A stretch of 64,000 nucleotides of DNA from Candidatus Latescibacterota bacterium (GTDB lineage: Bacteria; Latescibacterota; UBA2968): positions 5,568,001 to 5,632,000 of the forward strand of contig OZ242311.1 in NCBI GenBank assembly GCA_965207885.1, given 5' to 3'. Under the pieces are notes generated by a model. That model saw only the letters and a program-made list of their open reading frames with translations. It did no database searches and was not told the DNA's origin. A program made the translations under genes and the position numbers. Below, one piece after another: positions 24,268-34,405 of the stretch; within the stretch, counting starts at the first letter, position 1, and each line of letters starts with the position of its first letter.

Positions 24268-27015
24268 ATGAGCGATACAATCACCATCAGAGGTGCGCGT
24301 CAGCACAACCTCAAAAACATCGATCTGGACATACCGCGCAACTGCCTCGTCGTCATCACCGGACCCTCAGGGTCGGGCAAATCGTCCCTGGCCTTCGACA
24401 CCATCTACGCCGAAGGACAACGCCGTTATGTGGAATCGCTATCCGCTTATGCGCGGCAATTTCTCGATCTCATGGACAAACCCGATGCCGACAGCATAGA
24501 AGGTCTCTCACCTGCTGTGGCAATCCAACAACGCGGCATCCCCCGCACACCGCGTTCAACAGTCGGCACCATAACCGAAGTCTATGACTATTTGCGTCTC
24601 TTATTCGCCAGAATAGGCACGCCGCATTGTCCGATATGCAGCCAGCCCATTGTGCGCCAGAGCGTCGCGCAAATTGTCGATCGCGTACTCGCACTGCCCG
24701 AAGGACAACGCCTTCAGATCCTCGCGCCCCTGATCCGAAATACCAGAGGCACCCACCTGAGTGTTTTTAACCAGTTGCGCAAGGAAGGCTATCTCAGGGT
24801 GCGCGTCAATGGCGAAGTTCTATCACTGGATAGCGATATCGTTCTCGATAAAAACACAGCGCACAACATCGAAGCCGTCATCGACCGCCTCGTCGTGCGC
24901 ACGAACATGGCCGCGCGCCTCGCGGACTCACTCGAAACAGCCCTCGACCTTGCCAACGGCACAGCCACACTCGACATTATCGACGATGGGGAATGGACGT
25001 TTTCCACGCGCTTTGCCTGCACAGAAGGCCACTTTGAAATCGAAGAAATAGAACCCCGTCTCTTCACCTTCAACAGCCCGCACGGTGCTTGTCCCACTTG
25101 CAGCGGTATGGGCACTGTTTTTGAAGTCGATCCCGACCTCGTCGTGCCCGACCCTTCAAAATCCATCCTCGAAGGCGCGATTGCGCCCTGGGGCATCCCC
25201 AAGGGCAAACGCCAGGTAGAACAACTTCAACGCCTATCGCGCAACCTCTCATTCGATCTCTCAGCGCCCTTTTCCAAACTCTCCAAAACCGTCCAAAGAG
25301 TAATACTCAGAGGAAAAACAGGCGTCATACCCGATCTCCAGCACCAATACAAAACGGCTACATCCGACGAAGCGCGGGAAAAAATCGAGCTTTTTATGCG
25401 CGAGCAAACCTGCCCCGACTGCCAGGGCGCGAGATTGCGGCCAGAAGCTCTTGCCGTCACAATTTCCAATTGTACAATAGCCGACATTGCCAGCATGCCC
25501 ATTGAAAAAATCAGGCACTTCTTTCAAACCCTGGACCTCAAAAATAACGCAGCTGAGATCGCCGCCCCCCTCACACGCGAAATCGAAAACCGCCTCGCAT
25601 TTCTCGTCGATGTCGGTGTGGGGTATCTCGCGCTCAACCGCAGAGCCGCAACGCTTTCAGGTGGTGAATTTCAGCGCATTCGCCTCGCCACACAAATCGG
25701 AACCCGCCTCGTCGGTGTTCTCTACGTACTCGACGAACCCAGTATAGGCCTGCACCCCCGCGACAATCGCAAACTCATCGACACCTTCTGCAACCTGCGC
25801 GACCTGGGCAACACGGTCATCGTCGTCGAACACGACCGCGAAGCCATGCAAATGGCCGATCATCTCATCGACCTGGGCCCGGGCGCGGGCGAACACGGCG
25901 GCAAAATCATCTCACAGGGACCGCCAGAAACCGTAATCGCAGACAAAAATTCTCTCTCCGGCAATTATCTCGCCGGTCGAAAAACCATCCCCCTCCCCCC
26001 CGACATTCGCCACCCCCGCGGGCATCTCTCAATCAGAGGCGCCAGCGGACACAACTTGCAAAACGTCAATATCGATATTCCCCTGGGCGTCTTTGTATGC
26101 GTTACCGGCGTATCTGGCTCGGGCAAAAGCTCGCTCATCAATCACACCCTGTATCCCGCGCTCGCCCGACAACTCCACCGCGCCAGCACAGAACCATTGC
26201 CTCATAAATCTATCGAAGGCGTTGAACAAATCGACAAAGTCATTCGCATAGACCAATCCCCAATCGGGCGCACCCCGCGATCAAATGCCGCCACATACAC
26301 GGGACTCTTCACAGCCATACGCGAACTCTACGCCCAATTGCCCGAATCCAGAGTGCGCGGTTATGGCGCCGGGCGCTTCAGCTTCAACATCAAAGGCGGG
26401 CGCTGCGAAGCCTGCCAGGGCGATGGCGTGCGCCGCATCGAAATGCACTTCCTCCCCGACGTATTCGTCACCTGCGACGTATGCGGTGGCAGCCGATACA
26501 ACAGAGAAACCCTCGAAATCCGATACAAAGGCAGTTCAATAGCCGATGTCTTAAACCTCACAGTAAATCGTGCCCGCTCCTTCTTCCGCAACATCCCGGC
26601 GGCGCAGCGACAACTCAAATCACTCGCCGACGTGGGCCTGGGTTATTTGCGCCTCGGTCAACCGGCCACATCCCTCTCTGGCGGCGAGGCACAGCGCGTC
26701 AAACTCGCAACCGAACTGGCGCGAACCGCCACGGGCAAAACGCTTTACCTCCTCGACGAACCCACCACGGGATTGCACTTTGACGACATCCGCGTCCTCA
26801 TCGAAGTCCTCGACCGCCTCGTTGACCGCGGCAACACTGTTCTCATCATAGAACACAACCTCGACGTCGTCAAACGCGCAGACTGGGTCATCGACCTCGG
26901 ACCCGACGCAGGCGAAAAAGGCGGCAACATCGTCGCAACCGGCACGCCAGAAACCATCGCCCAAAATCCATCTTCCCACACGGGCCGTTTCCTCAAAGAA
27001 ATTTTAACCCCTTGA
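24268..27015 (+). CDS. uvrA: excinuclease ABC subunit A
   Basis: GARQHNLKN, two Walker A (GSGKSS), two LSGGE signatures, zinc fingers. Confidence 0.97.
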   Translation: MSDTITIRGARQHNLKNIDLDIPRNCLVVITGPSGSGKSSLAFDTIYAEGQRRYVESLSAYARQFLDLMDKPDADSIEGLSPAVAIQQRGIPRTPRSTVGTITEVYDYLRLLFARIGTPHCPICSQPIVRQSVAQIVDRVLALPEGQRLQILAPLIRNTRGTHLSVFNQLRKEGYLRVRVNGEVLSLDSDIVLDKNTAHNIEAVIDRLVVRTNMAARLADSLETALDLANGTATLDIIDDGEWTFSTRFACTEGHFEIEEIEPRLFTFNSPHGACPTCSGMGTVFEVDPDLVVPDPSKSILEGAIAPWGIPKGKRQVEQLQRLSRNLSFDLSAPFSKLSKTVQRVILRGKTGVIPDLQHQYKTATSDEAREKIELFMREQTCPDCQGARLRPEALAVTISNCTIADIASMPIEKIRHFFQTLDLKNNAAEIAAPLTREIENRLAFLVDVGVGYLALNRRAATLSGGEFQRIRLATQIGTRLVGVLYVLDEPSIGLHPRDNRKLIDTFCNLRDLGNTVIVVEHDREAMQMADHLIDLGPGAGEHGGKIISQGPPETVIADKNSLSGNYLAGRKTIPLPPDIRHPRGHLSIRGASGHNLQNVNIDIPLGVFVCVTGVSGSGKSSLINHTLYPALARQLHRASTEPLPHKSIEGVEQIDKVIRIDQSPIGRTPRSNAATYTGLFTAIRELYAQLPESRVRGYGAGRFSFNIKGGRCEACQGDGVRRIEMHFLPDVFVTCDVCGGSRYNRETLEIRYKGSSIADVLNLTVNRARSFFRNIPAAQRQLKSLADVGLGYLRLGQPATSLSGGEAQRVKLATELARTATGKTLYLLDEPTTGLHFDDIRVLIEVLDRLVDRGNTVLIIEHNLDVVKRADWVIDLGPDAGEKGGNIVATGTPETIAQNPSSHTGRFLKEILTP

Positions 27016-27117
27016 CGTACTCCCAAAGCTAAAGCATTGGGATTATAGAATCTTGTAGCTTCAGCAGGGATTGTGGTATCAACGGTAGTTGCTTGCTTCC
27101 CCGAAGTTCGGCAAGTC

Positions 27118-28224
27118 TTACGCTACCTCCGCCAGAGGTGGACGCCCCCACCTGTGAATGTTTATCGCCGCGTTGAGGTCTCTGTCTATTTCAAGACCAC
27201 ATTCGCAACAATGGAATGTTCTCTCTCGCAATTCGAGGTCGTCTTTAACAGTGTCACAAGCAGAGCATGTCTTTGACGTGGGTAGCCATTGGTCAATTTG
27301 TTTGACAGCCTTGCCAGTCTTTTGTGCCACATACTTGAGTATGTTCAAGAAGTCTGAAAAGCCCAAATCGCTAATCTTTTTGCCCCACAACGCTTTCATG
27401 GCGTCTATGTTCAGCGTTTCAAAATACATGACGTCATATTCTTTACAGAGTTGATGGGCAAGTTGCCAGTGATAGTCTCTGCGCTGATTGGCAACGCGCC
27501 TATATTCTCTGGCAAGACTTACTCTCGCTTCATGACGGTTATGGCTACCTTTCTTCTTACGAGAAAGATTGCGATTAGCCTTTTTGACTTTCCGCGAATT
27601 ACGATTGAAGAACAATGGCGATTGTGTCCTTGTGCTGTCTGAGGCTGTTAGATATGTTTGCAAGCCAAAATCAAAACCTGCGGTTTTACCGTTCTTGATC
27701 ATGAATGACTTGATACCCTCAGCCTTTGCAACAACACATAGCCACAAATCGCCTACGCGGTCACGTTTGATTGTGACCATCTTGATACGCTCTACATCGA
27801 ACTTTCTGCTCTTATGGTATCTGAATATACGCTTGCCAATACGCACCTTGTTACGCTCAAGGAATTTATATCCTGCTTGCTTCAGCGTATAGGACTGATA
27901 TCGAAAGCGAGACCTGAATGTGGGCGGACGCTTATTATCTCTGGCAAAGAATTTCTGATAGCCAAAGTCTATACGCTCAATCACATTTTGCAATGCCTGT
28001 GACGGCAACAAACGCCAATGTGCAAAGCGTGTTGTTCTTTTCAGCTTTGCCAAATGGTTAATCATTGTGAACTTACTCGGATATTTGCCAAAACGCCGAT
28101 AGTATCGCTTATGCAAAGCAATGAAATGATTATACACCTCAGCAAAAGCGTCTATCTCATAGTGCAGATACTTATTGCGGTCACAGAGACTATACATTTT
28201 GTATTTGTATGTCAAGTATTCCAT
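27118..28224 (-). CDS. tnpB: RNA-guided nuclease TnpB
   Basis: RuvC D (GFDFGL), E (FETLNI), D (DRDLNAAINI); Zn ribbon CSAC..CCEC. Confidence 0.93.
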   Translation of the reverse strand: MEYLTYKYKMYSLCDRNKYLHYEIDAFAEVYNHFIALHKRYYRRFGKYPSKFTMINHLAKLKRTTRFAHWRLLPSQALQNVIERIDFGYQKFFARDNKRPPTFRSRFRYQSYTLKQAGYKFLERNKVRIGKRIFRYHKSRKFDVERIKMVTIKRDRVGDLWLCVVAKAEGIKSFMIKNGKTAGFDFGLQTYLTASDSTRTQSPLFFNRNSRKVKKANRNLSRKKKGSHNRHEARVSLAREYRRVANQRRDYHWQLAHQLCKEYDVMYFETLNIDAMKALWGKKISDLGFSDFLNILKYVAQKTGKAVKQIDQWLPTSKTCSACDTVKDDLELRERTFHCCECGLEIDRDLNAAINIHRWGRPPLAEVA

Positions 28225-28230
28225 AATGTA

Positions 28231-28259
28231 AATATACATAAAAACAGTAACTTATGCAA
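28231..28259 (-). promoter_or_regulatory. tnpB promoter, probably giving a leaderless mRNA
   Basis: TTGCAT-N17-TATATT with only 6 nt to the ATG at 28224; no SD. Confidence 0.55.
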
Positions 28260-28400
28260 TTTTTATGTGGTCTATGAACGGATGATTTTAGTTGATGAAG
28301 TGCTGGCGCACTTGTACACCGCTCCACCGGCCACATTGCCTTGAGCAATGTGCCACCATGCTAAGCATGTTCCGTGATGATTTTACACGGAAGCAACCCC
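28250..28400 (+). pseudogene. possible deleted IS200 tnpA remnant
   Basis: Fragments ILVDEV and HL..APP resemble Y1 transposase; no intact HUH or catalytic Tyr. Confidence 0.35.
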
Positions 28401-28536
28401 CCATAAATTCTATGCGCTTCGCCATGCGACCCAACGCTAAAGCTCTCTGCTATTGGGTTTTACGCGCAGTTTCTGATAAAAAAAAGCGCTCCATAACTTA
28501 CTGGAACGCTTCTTTTATTCTATAGATCCCCACCAC

Positions 28537-29550
28537 CTATTTCCGCTCATCGTATTGCCGTCTGTAATACTCTCGATAACCCGCGCTATCCCGAATTTTT
28601 CGCCACCAATCTTCATTGCCCAAATACCATTCAACCGTCAGGCGCAATGACTCTTCAAAATTGTACTTTGGCTTCCACCCCAGCGCCATAATTTTCGACG
28701 CATTCAGAGAGTACCGCATATCGTGCCCGGGCCGATCGGCCACATGCTGCATTAAATCTTTCGGCTTCTCCAAATACTCCAGAATCTTTTCCGCAACAGA
28801 AAGACCATCCGCTTCATTCTCACCCCCCACATTATACGCCTCACCCTGCGCGCCCTTGTGCAGCACCAGATCAATCGCCTCGCAGTGATCCGTCACATAA
28901 AGATGATCGCGAATTGCCGTCCCTGCGCCATACACGGGCAATGCAAGATCATCCATCGCATTGGTAATATAAATGGGCACGCGCTTCTCGGGATATTGAA
29001 ACCCCCCAATATTATTGGACGCGCGCGTAATCACCACGGGCAAACCATACGTAATGGCAAACGCCCGCGCCATCATATCCCCCGACGCTTTCGCCACCGC
29101 ATAGGGATTGCGCGGTGCAATTGGTGCATCCTCCGTCCACGGATCTTCGTCCTCTTCCAGAGACCCATACACCTCATCTGTACTCACCTGCAAAAACCGC
29201 TCAACACCGCAATCTCGCGCTGCAGCGAGCAACGTGTACACACCCAGTGCATTGGACTTCATAAACTCCTCGGCACCCATAATGCTCCGATCAACATGGC
29301 TCTCCGCAGCAAAATTCACCACCAGATCAACCCGCTGCATCAAATCATTCACCAACCCGGCATCGCAAATATCCCCCCGCACAAATTCATACCGGGAATC
29401 GTCCACAACATCCAGCAGATTGTCCAGATTGCCCGCGTACGTCAGCTTGTCCAAATTGATAACTCGATAATCGCGATACGCATCGAGAACATATCGCACA
29501 AAATGGCTGCCGATAAACCCGGCACCTCCTGTAATGAGCATTGTCTTCAA
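28537..29550 (-). CDS. rfbB: dTDP-glucose 4,6-dehydratase
   Basis: TGGAGFIGS, DKLTYAGN, FAAESHVDRSI, VSTDEVYG, Y..AK, DRPGHD.RY. Confidence 0.93.
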   Translation of the reverse strand: MKTMLITGGAGFIGSHFVRYVLDAYRDYRVINLDKLTYAGNLDNLLDVVDDSRYEFVRGDICDAGLVNDLMQRVDLVVNFAAESHVDRSIMGAEEFMKSNALGVYTLLAAARDCGVERFLQVSTDEVYGSLEEDEDPWTEDAPIAPRNPYAVAKASGDMMARAFAITYGLPVVITRASNNIGGFQYPEKRVPIYITNAMDDLALPVYGAGTAIRDHLYVTDHCEAIDLVLHKGAQGEAYNVGGENEADGLSVAEKILEYLEKPKDLMQHVADRPGHDMRYSLNASKIMALGWKPKYNFEESLRLTVEWYLGNEDWWRKIRDSAGYREYYRRQYDERK

Positions 29551-29570
29551 ATTTGTCTCCTAAAAGCATC

Positions 29571-29599
29571 CGCAGATGAACGCAGATAGACGCAGATGA
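29571..29599 (+). repeat. 10-nt tandem repeat CGCAGATRRA x3
   Basis: Related inverted array at 38551..38580. Confidence 0.75.
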
Positions 29600-29711
29600 T
29601 GTGGGGGCAGTGTGTGAACGGGCCTGGATAGAAACCGCTCGTGCCTGCCCATCAGATGAACACAGAGTAAGGAGCGATCAGCTTTCAGCTTTACTACGTT
29701 AAAATGAGAGT

Positions 29712-29744
29712 GTCATCGCGGCATGGTGTTGAGCCGCGATCCAG
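29712..29744. repeat. palindromic repeat copy 2 (inverted relative to the other three)
   Basis: GTCATCGCGGCATGGTGTTGAGCCGCGATCCAG. Confidence 0.85.
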
Positions 29745-29780
29745 GAGGCTTTTCGCTGACTGTTTATTTTCTAAACATTC

Positions 29781-30005
29781 TCATGAAAGGTCAAGTTCTC
29801 GTCTCACTTCAGCATCTGAGTACACCGCCTCTGTACCTTTTCGGACGCCCTCCAATAAGTCTGCGGCAAGATAATAGTCCTCTACATCTTCAACGCCGCG
29901 TTTGATAATCTCTCCGAGAAAGAAATCCTTGCTGCGCCCTGTTCGCGCCACGAGGGAATCAATTCGTTTCTCAGCTTCGGGAGCCAGTTGAATAGTACTC
30001 GCCAT
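29781..30005 (-). CDS. RelB/CopG-like ribbon-helix-helix antitoxin, orphan
   Basis: IQL..E.EKR...L.ARTGRSK..EDYYLA..EVRRELDL; GAGGAG SD before ATG 30005. Confidence 0.75.
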   Translation of the reverse strand: MASTIQLAPEAEKRIDSLVARTGRSKDFFLGEIIKRGVEDVEDYYLAADLLEGVRKGTEAVYSDAEVRRELDLS

Positions 30006-30101
30006 GTTGTCGTCTCCTCTAAACGCCGTAAGATAGACACGATACCGATCTGGTATCGCCATCATTTCATACACGTCTTCTTCCAGTTGGTTCGATATAA
30101 A

Positions 30102-30462
30102 CTAACTATCATCCTTTGGCACTTCTGGCATGGCTTTCTCATATTCAGCAATCCATTTTTCAGCCTCTTCTTCAGTATAGGCTCCGGTAATCGCATCACT
30201 GTCTTCCGGCAGTCCATAGCTCATCGGCTTGCCAATGTGCGGCCTCAAGCGCTCTCGTATCAGCTTTTTCTTTTCATCAGACACACCTTCGAACACTAAG
30301 TCCACACCTGCCGGTTCTATGTCTCCGAAGACCAATCTCGACACATCAGATTCTTTATTATTCGAAGCACATGACGACCACAAAAACAATCCCCAACAAG
30401 ATGAGCAGAATGATAAGCAAGCTCAAAAGAGGATTCTCTTTGATTTTAAAAAAGAAATTCAT
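30102..30462 (-). pseudogene. probable frameshifted membrane/lipoprotein gene
   Basis: ATG 30462 hydrophobic leader stops after 34 aa; the neighbouring frame continues LFLWSSC.. to 30102. Confidence 0.35.
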
Positions 30463-30525
30463 TGCAGATTTCCGGACGAAAAAAGTTGGTTTTAGCAAAT
30501 GATCTAAGGGGATTTTCAGATTTAA

Positions 30526-30795
30526 TCAATAAATGGGTTGTACACGCAATACGTCTTCTGGATCACTTTGCTGGAGTTGTTCGCTATAGGCTGTCTTGCG
30601 GCGTTGCCAGGTTTCGTAAATACCTTTCCACCGACTGAAATCCGTTCGGGTCTCGTCAAAATCGTCGTGGTGCGATAGTTTTCCCGCCATTAAAATGTCG
30701 TAAAAATCCTGGCTGAGAATTCCGTATTTTTCTTCGTAAAGCGTAAGCCGCCGTTCAAGCTGCTTCATTTCAAGGACGAGTTCGTAAAGTTCCAT
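30526..30795 (-). CDS. putative antitoxin (type found beside DUF6516 toxins), orphan
   Basis: L..YEEKYG..S.DFY...G.L..DF..W..Y pattern. Confidence 0.6.
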   Translation of the reverse strand: MELYELVLEMKQLERRLTLYEEKYGILSQDFYDILMAGKLSHHDDFDETRTDFSRWKGIYETWQRRKTAYSEQLQQSDPEDVLRVQPIY

Positions 30796-30851
30796 TGTGA
30801 TTTCCCCACAACATTATTGACATTGTAGGCTTTTAATAGCTATATTTTCCA

Positions 30852-31008
30852 GTACCAATACTTCTTTTAAGGAGGAACAAAAACATCTTCAAGGCTTTCA
30901 GTCAGTGTATCTTGTACTATGCTTTCGACTTCACAAGGAGTATATTCTTTGACAGGTAGCGTATCCTTTCTCCTGCACCTGAGTCATTAAAGGATACGCT
31001 CTTTTTTT
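30852..31008 (+). ncRNA. candidate sRNA or leader RNA
   Basis: TTGACA(30817)-N18-TATATT upstream; AGCGTATCCTTT..AAAGGATACGCT hairpin plus T run; no ATG-initiated ORF of note. Confidence 0.4.
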
Positions 31009-31043
31009 AAATATACCTCATTAAATCCGGTAGGAGCTAAAAC

Positions 31044-31277
31044 ATGAAACACATTATTTCAGATCCAGGGATTCTAGGTGGTAAACCAGTTATTGAAGGA
31101 ACGCGATTGAGTGTTGAACATATTTTAGGCTTACTCGCGCGCAATATGTCACAGCGAGAAATCGTGGAAGCGTATCCAGTATTAACAGTTGAAGACGTAA
31201 ATGGTGTTTTGGAATATGCTGCAAAGGCATTGCAAAACGATATTGTGATTGATGTCAAAATGGCTTCAGGAGTCTAA
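31044..31277 (+). CDS. DUF433 antitoxin
   Basis: DPGILGGKPVIEGTRLSV..EIVEAYP.LT.ED. Confidence 0.9.
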   Translation: MKHIISDPGILGGKPVIEGTRLSVEHILGLLARNMSQREIVEAYPVLTVEDVNGVLEYAAKALQNDIVIDVKMASGV

Positions 31278-31280
31278 CGT

Positions 31281-31640
31281 ATGTTGCCACCTCTTGTGGC
31301 GGATATGAATATCGGGATTCCTGTTATTCAGTTTCTGCGTGAAAGCGGAATTGATATTGTGTCCTCTATGGAACAGCAATGGGGACATTTAAGCGACGAA
31401 CAAATATTGGCTCGGGCATACGCAATGGACCGATTTGTCCTGACGCACGATTCCGATTTTGGAACATTAGCCGTTTTTAGTGGTTATCCCCTAACAGGCA
31501 TTATTTATTTGAGGCCAGGTGGGCGTCTTCCCTCTGAAGTGATTGCGGACTTGGGCGATCTCCTGACAGCCTCAGTTGATTGGACGCCTCCCATGATAGT
31601 CGTGTATCGTTCAGGTCGTTTACGGATTCGAAGGCTTTGA
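31281..31640 (+). CDS. DUF5615 PIN-like toxin
   Basis: ADMNI, SDEQIL..A, LTHDSDFG, GIIYLR; follows DUF433. Confidence 0.85.
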   Translation: MLPPLVADMNIGIPVIQFLRESGIDIVSSMEQQWGHLSDEQILARAYAMDRFVLTHDSDFGTLAVFSGYPLTGIIYLRPGGRLPSEVIADLGDLLTASVDWTPPMIVVYRSGRLRIRRL

Positions 31641-31666
31641 GCCTTTCTATTCCATTCATAAGCACC

Positions 31667-31849
31667 TTAATCAACCAGTTGCTGGACTGGAGAAGAAAGA
31701 ATCTTTCTACCGCTCTTTCCCTGTTTCAGCCTTGCATCTTTCAGAATGCGATCAATGTCAAAATCCATACACTTTGCCAGAGCTTCTTTGACCCTTCTTG
31801 TCTCCTGAATAACCTCATCCGTGGTCTCTTTATCGTTTAGTTCTTTCAT
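31667..31849 (-). CDS. small protein of the type that follows PIN toxins (putative antitoxin)
   Basis: DEVIQETRRVKE.LA..DFDID.I..Q..SGRK; preceded by a toxin-like stub ELPILCTPKELLGE* (31855..31900). Confidence 0.6.
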   Translation of the reverse strand: MKELNDKETTDEVIQETRRVKEALAKCMDFDIDRILKDARLKQGKSGRKILSSPVQQLVD

Positions 31850-31954
31850 AGCGATCATTCTCCAAGTAATTCTTTGGGTGTACAGAGGATCGGCAGTTCA
31901 TTTTTTTAATATACAAAAGCATTTCAATTATCGCACCACTTCAAAAACGCATTC

Positions 31955-32053
31955 TTGACATAAGAGGCTTTTAAGAACTATATTCGGGTATTGGACTGGG
32001 GTTGTTCCCGGTCGGCAGCAGGTCCTGGGATCTCTCGGGACCTTTCGTTTTTT
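31955..32053 (+). promoter_or_regulatory. promoter with structured leader and terminator ahead of the dioxygenase gene
   Basis: TTGACA-N18-TATATT; hairpin GACTGGG/CCCGGTC; AGGTCCTGGGA/TCTCGGGACCT plus T-rich tail. Confidence 0.55.
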
Positions 32054-32064
32054 CGAGGTGTATT

Positions 32065-32850
32065 ATGAAAAACCCAATTCCATCCCTAATGCTCAGTAGA
32101 GAACAGATCGAAGCATTCTTTGAAACCGGATTCGTCATCGTACCGGACGTTTTCACACCCACCGAAATCGAAGAAATGCGAGCCGGATTTGACCGTCTGC
32201 AAAAAATAGCCTACTCGCTATCGGAACCCGGGATCCACAACGGCTCTGATTTTGCCATTGAGAAAACGGAATCGGGGCGGGTCATCATTCACCGCATCTC
32301 CTGGTGCGGGGCAGCCGAACCCGTGCTACTCGCATACGGCAAAGACCATCGCCTCCTCGGAATGGCGAGCCAGTTGCTGGACAGCAACGAAATGAACCAG
32401 TTAATCAACCAGGCCCACTTCAAAATACCCGGCGACAACGTGGCATTTCCGTGGCATCAGGACAGCGAACATCGCGGATATGGAAAACCCTGGTGGAAGG
32501 ACGTCAACGGACGCGGCAGCTTTGTCCAACAAGCCATCGCCATTGACGATGTAACCGAAGAAAGTGGACCTTTGAAATTCATCCCCGGAAGTTGCAAATT
32601 GGGGCATCTGGGTCTGCTGAGTCGCAGCGAAGAAGAATACCCGGCACTCTTCAATCCCGACGACGCCATTACGGGGATCATGAAAGCTGGCAGCGTAGCC
32701 CTATTCAACCCATACGTCATCCACGGCAGCGAACCGAACCGCTCGCAGAAACCGCGGCGCGTCTTTATAAACGGCTATGCTTGCCCCGGCGCCAACTCGA
32801 GAACCTATCCTGGAAAGGGTGCTGGCAGACTCTTAAAAATCACCGACTAA
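32065..32850 (+). CDS. PhyH-family Fe(II)/2-oxoglutarate dioxygenase
   Basis: FPWHQD, AIDD...SGPLKFIPGS, IHGSEPNRS..RR; ATG 32065 with GAGGTG SD. Confidence 0.88.
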   Translation: MKNPIPSLMLSREQIEAFFETGFVIVPDVFTPTEIEEMRAGFDRLQKIAYSLSEPGIHNGSDFAIEKTESGRVIIHRISWCGAAEPVLLAYGKDHRLLGMASQLLDSNEMNQLINQAHFKIPGDNVAFPWHQDSEHRGYGKPWWKDVNGRGSFVQQAIAIDDVTEESGPLKFIPGSCKLGHLGLLSRSEEEYPALFNPDDAITGIMKAGSVALFNPYVIHGSEPNRSQKPRRVFINGYACPGANSRTYPGKGAGRLLKITD

Positions 32851-32862
32851 CAACCAAACCTT

Positions 32863-32894
32863 CTGGATCGCGGCTAACACCCTGCCGCGATGAC
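32863..32894. repeat. palindromic repeat copy 3
   Basis: CTGGATCGCGGCTAACACCCTGCCGCGATGAC. Confidence 0.85.
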
Positions 32895-32940
32895 GACACT
32901 GTTGATAGAGTTGACAGAACGCCTAAGGTTGATCCATTGC

Positions 32941-34398
32941 TTAATTGAAAGACCTCTCCGCCTGCTTAACAATACCCTTCAACATGCGCTTGAAAATGAG
33001 ATAGTGGATGGGATAAAGGCCATACCAGTAAAGCAAGCCCCCCAGACCCAGAGGATCGAAAATAGCCGTCTGGGTTATCTGGCTACCCCCTTCCACGGGC
33101 TGGACCTCAAACTGAAGCCATGCCCGACCAGGCACCTTCATCTCTGCCTGCAAGCGCAGAAGGCGATGTTCTTCAAAAGCCTCAACGCGCCAGAAATCCA
33201 GGGGATCTCCCGGCCGCACATCAACCGGGTGTCGTCGCCCTCGCCGCATACCCACCCCACCCAGCAGCAAATCCACAAAACCGCGCAAATACCAGAGCCA
33301 TGTCGCAAAATACCAGCCCTGATCCCCCCCAATGCGCTGAACAGGATCAAAAGCTCGGCCGGGTTCCACACTCGCAAAAGCCTGCTGGCGATCAACAAGA
33401 CGAGAACCAAAACGCCTTCCACCCCATAAAGGCTCCTCACCGCTTGAAGACACCGCATCGCTCCAGCGGGTCTGAGCCATCTCCCGGTCCTCCTCCTCAA
33501 GCGCACGGGCCATCGCCTGACGCACATTTAGAGGACGGACGGGAAAACGCTCGCGCGCACCATCATCTCGGACAATCGTCTCATTCCGCAAACTATCGAT
33601 AAGCTTCTTACCCACCCGCGCATAAAGAGGCGTCACCAGCCCCAACCACAAACTGGAAAGACGGGGACTCAAAAAAGGCACCGGAATCATAAGACGTCGC
33701 ACGGCAATCTGACGGGCATATTCGCGCATCAACCCGCCGTAAGATAATTGTTGAGGACCCCCAATCTCAAAAACCGCGCTACCCTCCTCCTCCACATCCA
33801 GACCCCGGATCAAATAAGCAATCACATCCCCAATCGCAATCGGCTGGGTTGGCGTGCGGACCCAGCTCGGCGTAATCATAATCGGCAACTTATTGACCAG
33901 ACTCCGCACCATCTCAAAAGACAGCGAACCCGAACCAATAATAATAGAAGCGCGAAACTCCAGCGTCGCAGGTCCCTCGGAAGTTAGAATAGCCCCCACC
34001 TCCCGGCGACTCGCCAGATGGGAAGAAAGCTCACGATCCCCAACCAGACCCCCCAAATAAATAACGCGCCGAATCCCCTGCTGCAGCGCGACGCGAGCAA
34101 AATTTTGTGCCCCAATGCGGTCCTGCTCCTCAAAATTGGCTCTGGACCCCATAGAATGCACCAGATAGTACGCCGTATCTATCCCCTCCAGAGCAACCCT
34201 CAGCGAATCCCGATCCAGCACATCACCCGCGACAATCTCAGTATCGGAACAAAACCGACCAGCCAGATACTGGGGATTGCGAGCCAGGCAACGCACGCGC
34301 GCTCCTATTTCTTCAAGCGCCGGAACCAGCCGCCCACCAACATAACCGCTGGCTCCCGTCACCAGTACGAGCTTGTCTTTTCCCTTATCCTGAGACAT
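32941..34398 (-). CDS. YbjT-like NAD(P)-binding SDR with DUF2867
   Basis: TGASGYVGG, YYLVHSM, IGG..GWY, DFWRV, AEMKVPGRAWL. Confidence 0.88.
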   Translation of the reverse strand: MSQDKGKDKLVLVTGASGYVGGRLVPALEEIGARVRCLARNPQYLAGRFCSDTEIVAGDVLDRDSLRVALEGIDTAYYLVHSMGSRANFEEQDRIGAQNFARVALQQGIRRVIYLGGLVGDRELSSHLASRREVGAILTSEGPATLEFRASIIIGSGSLSFEMVRSLVNKLPIMITPSWVRTPTQPIAIGDVIAYLIRGLDVEEEGSAVFEIGGPQQLSYGGLMREYARQIAVRRLMIPVPFLSPRLSSLWLGLVTPLYARVGKKLIDSLRNETIVRDDGARERFPVRPLNVRQAMARALEEEDREMAQTRWSDAVSSSGEEPLWGGRRFGSRLVDRQQAFASVEPGRAFDPVQRIGGDQGWYFATWLWYLRGFVDLLLGGVGMRRGRRHPVDVRPGDPLDFWRVEAFEEHRLLRLQAEMKVPGRAWLQFEVQPVEGGSQITQTAIFDPLGLGGLLYWYGLYPIHYLIFKRMLKGIVKQAERSFN

Positions 34399-34405
34399 CG
34401 CCTGC

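Larger units (their letters stand above)
27012..28475 (-). mobile_element. IS200/IS605-family element with tnpB and a decayed divergent tnpA
   Basis: Left end TTTAT|CAGAAACTGCGCGTAAAACCCAA..TTGGGT; right end CCCAATGCTTTAGCTTTGGGAGTACG-TCAA; no target duplication; removal restores uvrA CCA TAA. Confidence 0.88.

Noticed and set aside
29571-29700. CRISPR array
   Set aside because: Only 7-10 nt units, no spacers, no cas genes
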